Positions 58,213-64,000 of a stretch of DNA of 64,000 nucleotides are shown here, one piece after another. The stretch lies in contig CBDCNP010000002.1 in the NCBI GenBank assembly GCA_965219415.1, positions 2,432,001 to 2,496,000 on the forward strand, written 5' to 3'. How positions within the stretch are numbered: the first letter of the stretch is position 1; every line of letters starts with the position of its first letter. The notes under the pieces are model-generated. The model was not told the DNA's origin and ran no database searches. It was given only the letters and a program-made list of their open reading frames with translations. Source of the stretch: Candidatus Marinacidobacterales bacterium (GTDB lineage Bacteria > Acidobacteriota > Vicinamibacteria > Marinacidobacterales > DATDRI01). A program made the translations under genes and the position numbers.

Positions 58213-59579
58213 GGATGTGTCCCGAGGTCCGTGGAAAAAGAACGGCGCCCTCCACTCCGTCATCAGGGTATCAGATCAGGCGGCAACCTCCGCGTGTTCG
58301 AGAACCTCGCTCAGACGTTGGTAGCCGTCGATGCGTCGTAGTTGAATCTGGCCAGAGGCGATAAGCCCAAACAGCAAAGCGACCGCGGACTCCTCGCTGG
58401 AGAACGACGCTTGGGTTTTCGTCCGACGTCGAAATTCGCGGTTGAGATTCTCCAGAGCATTGGTCGTTCGAATCGATTTCCACATGACACGAGGGAATTC
58501 GTAGAAGGTCAGCAGCTGATTACCGGCTTCCTCTAGGCTTCGGACGACGGTCGGTGCGAGAGGCGTCCACTTGGCGACGAGCTCGTCATAGGCTTTGCGA
58601 GCATCGAACCCGTTCTTGGCGTAGACGATCCGGTTGTAGTCACACCGGAGCTCACGGCGTGCGTGCGCCGGGCAATGTTGGAGCAAGTTGGCGTGCTTGT
58701 GCTCGGTACATCGCTGCAACCGGCACCCCGGCCACTTCTCCAGCGCTTTCGTCAGCCCCTTGTGGCCATCGCTAATCACTAGCTTGGGAGCCCGGAGTCC
58801 TTGAGCCTGGAGTCCCTCCAGCACGGAGCCCCAATGCGTCGAGGCTTCGCTCACCGCCAGACGCAATGACAACAGACGTTTCTGCCCGTCTGGCGCGACC
58901 CCGAGCGCGGACAGTACGGGTACGCTGATCACACGTTTCGCCATCCGCACTTTCAGGTGGAAGCCGTCCAGGTAAACGATCGCGTAGACCTCCTCGCTGA
59001 GAGCACGGTTCTGCCATTCTTCGAAGCACTCCTTCAGACGACTAACCACGCGAGACACCGCGCTCTTCGATAGGTGCTCCTCACCGAGCAGTGGTTTCAG
59101 CGCTTTGCGGATCCGGCGGCTATTTGTGTCCGACAAGTACGTCCCCAAGATCGCCTCGTCGACCTCACGAGTCCGGCGTGCATACCGGGGCAACAGCTCG
59201 CTCCTGAACTCTGTCGTCTCTCTCGTTTCCTCGTCTCGCACGCGGGCTCGTGGCACCCGGAGCTCGCGAGTTCCCACCGACGTCGTCACGCGACGGGTTT
59301 CGGCTCCGTTGCGATACCCACGGCGGTCTTCCGCACGCTCGTAGCTACGACACCCCAGCGCTTGGTCGACTTCTTCCTCGAGCACAACCTCGATCGCCTC
59401 CAGTACCCGCATACGCAGCCGAAGTTGGACGAACTCCCGGTACTCGCTTACAGACTCCTTCAATATGGTGGTAGGCTTCTCCATGGCGTAACCCTCCTCC
59501 TCGCCTTTCCAGGCGCGGTTTCGTTTTGCTTAACCGGAGGTTACGCCATTCTTATTTCCACGGGAAGCGGGACGGATCC
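58213..59579 (-). mobile_element. IS256-family element; transposase 59484 to 58276
   Basis: Imperfect IRs GGAT..GTCCCG....CCGTGGAAA.A.GAA.GGCG; YLDG, ISDGHKGL, QRC..HK, TTNALENLN.EFRRR; no direct repeat. Confidence 0.9.
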
Positions 59580-60858
59580 TATTCCTCGTCGCGATAGCCG
59601 TAGGCGCGTCGTTGCAGAACACGGATTTTGTTGTTGACCCCTTCAACTAGGCCGAGGCTGACTTTGTTCTCCGGATGACAGTAGGAGGCGATACCGTCCC
59701 AATGGGACTCAATCATACCGGCGAACTTCTGGTACGGATGCAGGCGTTGCCATTTGAGGCTGTCTTTCCAACGAGTGAAAAAGGCGCGAGCGCCGCGTTC
59801 GGTGCGGTAATCCCAGAGTTGCCCGAAGGCCTCCTTCAAAATATAGACGGTGTTCAGGCGCCGGTTGGCCTGGAGCAACTTTTTGAGTGCGCGGCGACCG
59901 TCTAGGCTCAGGTTCTCCCGCCGGGAAAGCAAAGTGTAACGCTGCCCCTTGATGTACGACCGGTCCTTGCCGCTGAGGCGTTTGTACTCACCGCGCCGGA
60001 CCTCATCGAGGGCCTTTGACAGATGACGCATGATATGAAACTTGTCGAAGATGATCCGCGCATTAGGCGCGTTGTGAATCACCGAGTTCCGGAAGGGCTT
60101 CCACATATCCATGGCGGCCAGCTTGATACGGGCGCTTTTCTTTCCGCCCAGCGCCTTGAAGAACAAATCGATGTCGGTTTCTTTGCGACCCTCACCGCCC
60201 ACCCAGATGGGACGCGCCCGCTCCAGGTCGCGCTGACAATGACGCGATAGTTATGTCCCTTGCGGATGGAGATCTCATCGACACCGATGGCCCGAGGCGC
60301 CGGTAGCCCCGCCCGGTCGACCTGCTCTTGCGTGTAGAGCGTATCCAGAGCCTTCACCGTACCGTGGTGCAGACGTTCCATCTCGGCCACCGCCTTGTTC
60401 GGCATATCCCGGCACAGCTTGCCCACATGCGTCGCAAAACGCTGGGTGTAGCGCGAGTTGTTCGCCAGCCAGTCTAGGTTGTTCTACATGCACACCGCCG
60501 CACCCAGAACAGTTGACGCGCCGACGCTCGTATTCCAGATAGATCCGCCAGCCTGCCAACGACAGGTCGCGGACCCGGCACACTTGCTTGTCATAGCGCC
60601 CCCGGCACCGTTGCCCACAGTAAGAGCACACAGCTGTTTTTTTCGCCTCTTGAGCTGGATGACGCGGGCGTATCGGTCACCGAATAGACCCTTCAATCCG
60701 GCACCAACCACGAAACCTGGCAGCGCAAACAGCGAGCGGATCGACTGGGAATTTTTCACTCGGTTAGCCTATCCTAAAAATGGACCACTTTTCAGCACCT
60801 GATGAAGTACTCGATACCTTTTCCACACAATGAGTTACACTGTTTTTCCGTCAGAACT
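59580..60858 (-). mobile_element. ISL3-family element, frameshifted and 3'-truncated by IS256
   Basis: C..CG...YD.....RDL, C..CG, IGVDE.SIRKGH.YR, MDMW.PF, FDKFHI, VEG.NNKI....RRAYGYRDEE cut at the IS256 end; A7 run near 60640. Confidence 0.88.
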
Positions 60859-61148
60859 TACCCACACGAATCCGCGTAAACCCGTTTGATCTTGCAACGC
60901 GACCGTCAAAACCTCGATCAAGGTCTTCTCCTCCTTGGATCTTAAGGGCGATGCTGCATCGTATCACTTGATCACCGCAAAAAACTCCATCTGTTGCGCA
61001 ATCTTTCTTAGCAACCCCAACTAATAGTGTTCTTTTTGTGCGACTCGCGAGCCGCGAAAGCGCCTCGGGCCATTTTTGACCGGCCCCGGGTCTCATGCTA
61101 ATCTCGGTAATCTCCGACAGGTCAGGTTAGGTTGGTTTAGGTAAATAT

Positions 61149-62410
61149 ATGATTAAAAAAGACTTATTGGATAATGGGCTCACCGTGGTGACGGAGGCCA
61201 TGCCGCACGTCCGCTCGGTAGCGGTCGGAATTTGGCTCCGCCGGGGAAGCCGCCACGAGCAGCGGGTGAAGGGGGGGCATCTCCCATTTCATCGAGCACA
61301 TGGTGTTCAAAGGGACCACCCGTCGCACCCAGCTCCAGATCGCCCAGGAGATGGATGCGATCGGGGGCCAGACCGACGCCTTCACCTCCAAGGAATACGC
61401 CAGTTTCAACGCCAAGGTGCTCGACGAACACGTCCCGCAAGTGGTTGACCTCTTGGCGGATATCGTGCTCAATCCGAGCTTCGACCCAGAGGAGCTCGAG
61501 CGGGAGCGAAAGGTCATCTTCGAAGAGATCAAGATGGTCGAGGACACGCCCGATGACCTCGTCCACGAGATCTTTATCGAGTCTTTCTGGCCCGATCACT
61601 CTCTTGGGCTCCCCATTCTTGGCACCGAGGAGATCGTCTCGGCGTTCGATCGCGACCAGCTCCTGAGGTTCTTCCGAGAAACCTATACTCCCGCGAACCT
61701 CATCGTGTCGGCGGCAGGGAATCTGGACCACCAGAGGGTGCTCGACCTCGTCGAGAGTCATTTTCGACCCTTCAAGCGAGCTCGAACGAAGTGCATGAGT
61801 CGCCGCCCGCGGTTGACCCAGCCGTACGCTTCCGGGAAAAGGACCTCGAGCAGGTCCATTTGGTCTTGGGCACCGTCGCCCCCCATCAAAGCCATGTCGA
61901 CCGGTACGGCAGCTACCGTATTGAACACGATTCTAGGTGGGACGATGAGCTCGAGGCTCTTCCAAGTGATTCGTGAGAAGCGAGGCCAGGCCTGGCCTAT
62001 AGCGTCTATTCCGGCCTCAGCTGCTATCGAGATGCGGGCAACCTCACAATCTATGCGGGCACAGTCCTCAGAACAGTGGCCAGGTGGTGGAGCTGGTGCT
62101 CGATGAGCTGCGCCGGATCCGCCGGGTGCCGGTCGGTGACGAGGAGCTGCGACGGGCCAAGGACCACCTCAAGGGAAGCATCATGCTGGGACTGGAAGGT
62201 ACCGGTTCTCGGATGTCCCAGTTGGCGCGGCATGAGATGTATTTCGGGCGGCAGATCTCGTTGGACGAGACCCTTGCCGGCATCGAGAACGTGAACCGCG
62301 AGGGGATCATGCGGTTGGCGGGGGAGCTATTCGAAGAAAGACCGCTCGGCTTGACGGCGGTCGGCAACTTGGCCGATCTAAAACCGCTGCCCGAGCAATT
62401 GGTTGCGTAA
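61149..62410 (+). pseudogene. M16B peptidase (YmxG/MlpA-like), multiple frameshifts
   Basis: L.NGL.VVTE.MP..RSV.VGIW...GSR.E, ISHFIEHM.FKGT, AFT.KE, LGG.MSSRLFQ.IREKRG. Confidence 0.85.
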
Positions 62411-62461
62411 AAGTCTACCGTTCGGGGACCTCGATCAGTATACTGTTGCCGGAGGTCTCCC

Positions 62462-63301
62462 ATAGCCCTACAGATATCCGTTCTGGGCAGCGGCAGTAGC
62501 GGTAACGTCACATTTGTCTCCAACGGCTCGGCGAATATCCTCATCGATGCCGGGCTAGCCTGCCGAGAAATAGAAAAACGACTGGCAACCTTGGGAGTTC
62601 CGCCGAGCGCCATCACCGCTCTCTTGCTCTCTCACGAGCACCACGACCATGCCCGGGCCGCCTTGGCCTTTGCCCGCAAACATCGAACGCCACTCTTCGC
62701 CACTGAGGGGACCTTCCAACGACTCAAGGATCGTACAGCCAAGAAGTACAAGAATGTGGAATGGCTTCGCCTGAAAGCGGATCGCAGCTTGAAGCTAGCG
62801 AAGATGGTGATAGACATCTTCCCCACCCCTCACGATGCGGCGGAGTCGGTGGGGTTCGCGGTCCGGCAAGGACAACTACGATTTTCCCATGTCACGGACA
62901 TCGGCCATATCTCCCCCGCGGTGGAAGAAGCGCTCCGGGGATCCCAGGCGCTCCTCGTCGAGTCCAATCACGACGTGGATATGCTTCGGCAAGGGCCCTA
63001 CCCGGATTCTTTGAAGCAACGGGTAGGAAGCCGTTTGGGTCACCTATCTAACGAGGCATTGGCGGTCTATTTGGAGCAGAGACTCCCGATGTCGGTCCGA
63101 CATCTTTTCCTCGCCCATATTTCCCGCACCAACAACCATGAGAGCCTGGCTCTGACGACGTGCCGGGAAGCACTCCAGCGAAGGGGCGATCCCGTCCCGA
63201 TGGTCCACCTGACGTATCACGATCGGCCCACGCACCTCCTTCGGCTACGGGATCCTCGACGGGCCGACGTCAGTAGTCGGCAACGGGTCCTCGCATTCTA
63301 G
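62462..63301 (+). CDS. MBL-fold hydrolase (YycJ/WalJ-like)
   Basis: VLGSGSSGN, LIDAG, SHEHHDH, PHDA, TDIG, ESNHD, GPYP..LK.RV....GHLSN, LAHIS..NN; apparent ATA start after GGAGGT. Confidence 0.88.
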   Translation: MALQISVLGSGSSGNVTFVSNGSANILIDAGLACREIEKRLATLGVPPSAITALLLSHEHHDHARAALAFARKHRTPLFATEGTFQRLKDRTAKKYKNVEWLRLKADRSLKLAKMVIDIFPTPHDAAESVGFAVRQGQLRFSHVTDIGHISPAVEEALRGSQALLVESNHDVDMLRQGPYPDSLKQRVGSRLGHLSNEALAVYLEQRLPMSVRHLFLAHISRTNNHESLALTTCREALQRRGDPVPMVHLTYHDRPTHLLRLRDPRRADVSSRQRVLAF

Positions 63302-63314
63302 CGGGGGGAAGCGG

Positions 63315-64000
63315 ATGCTGACCGACCGCTACACACACCCCGAGATGGGGGCTCTCTGGAGCGAGCAGAAGAAGTTCGAGACGTGGTTGGCGGTCGAGGT
63401 AGCGGCCGCCGAAGCGATGGCCGCCGAAGGCATCGTCCCCGCCGAAGCTGTAAAAGAGATCAAGAAAAAGGCTAGCTTCTCCATCGATCGCATCGATGAG
63501 ATCGAACGCGACGTCAAGCACGACGTCGTCGCCTTCACAACTGCAGTCGCGGAGACGGTGGGCGAAGCCAGCCGGTGGATCCACTTCGGCCTAACGAGCT
63601 CCGATGTCGTCGATACCGCCTTGGGGCTGAGGCTTCGAGAAGCCGCGGATCTCATAGTCGCCGACGTCGATGCTCTCCTCGATGTTCTGCGCAATCGCGC
63701 CTTGGATCACAAGCGCACATTGATGGTCGGGCGGACCCACGGGGTCCACGCCGAGCCCATGACCTTCGGGTTGAAGCTGGCGCTTTGGTACGCCGAGGTG
63801 GCTCGGAGCCGCGAGCGCGTGGCCAGGGCCCGCGAGGGGGTTGCCGTGGGAAAACTCTCCGGAGCCGTAGGCACGTTCGCGCACCTAGCTCCAAGCATCG
63901 AAGAGAAGGTCTGTAAAAGCTTAGGTTTGAAACCAGCCCCGATCTCTTCCCAGATACTCGGCCGCGACCGCCACGCGGAGATACTCGGCGCTCTCGCAAT
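63315..64000 (+). CDS. purB: Adenylosuccinate lyase (runs off the window end)
   Basis: Translated directly from the sequence (absent from the ORF track): M..RY..PEM..LWS, HDVVAF, IHFGLTSSDVVDTA, MVGRTHGVHAEPMTFG.K, GKLSGAVGTFA, SSQI..RDRHA. Confidence 0.95.
   Translation, partial: MLTDRYTHPEMGALWSEQKKFETWLAVEVAAAEAMAAEGIVPAEAVKEIKKKASFSIDRIDEIERDVKHDVVAFTTAVAETVGEASRWIHFGLTSSDVVDTALGLRLREAADLIVADVDALLDVLRNRALDHKRTLMVGRTHGVHAEPMTFGLKLALWYAEVARSRERVARAREGVAVGKLSGAVGTFAHLAPSIEEKVCKSLGLKPAPISSQILGRDRHAEILGALA

Noticed and set aside
1-64000. tRNA, rRNA, prophage or integron
   Set aside because: No cloverleaf or rRNA signature, phage structural gene, tyrosine integrase or attC array recognised by eye.

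Overview
GC-rich (~60%) bacterial chromosomal window, most consistent with Acidobacteriota (inference from an Acidobacterial-type VWA protein, a Ser/Thr kinase with beta-propeller repeats and cupredoxin-like lipoproteins). Housekeeping blocks: ctaA/DUF420/cupredoxin-like copper proteins, a GT-C/GT2/YfhO surface-glycosylation cluster, rpoZ, DUF362, ypdA, mtnBDC, two M16 peptidases and purB. Two IS-rich stretches (about 28.9-33 kb and 55-61 kb, plus debris at 37-39 kb) interrupt these blocks. They contain IS256, two near-identical IS5/IS903-group copies, IS3, ISL3, IS1, rve-integrase fragments, a group II intron 5' remnant and truncated helicase/M48 genes. Several genes carry frameshifts, which may be sequencing indels or real decay. 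I found no CRISPR array, tRNA or rRNA. The best leads are: a Glu-type subtilase with five ~120-aa repeats I cannot name, a switch-like structured leader upstream of the copper-protein/ctaA operon, nested REP-like elements, the multi-GT-C glycosylation cluster, and an intron remnant sitting in what looks like an IS terminus. None is proven to be a new system.
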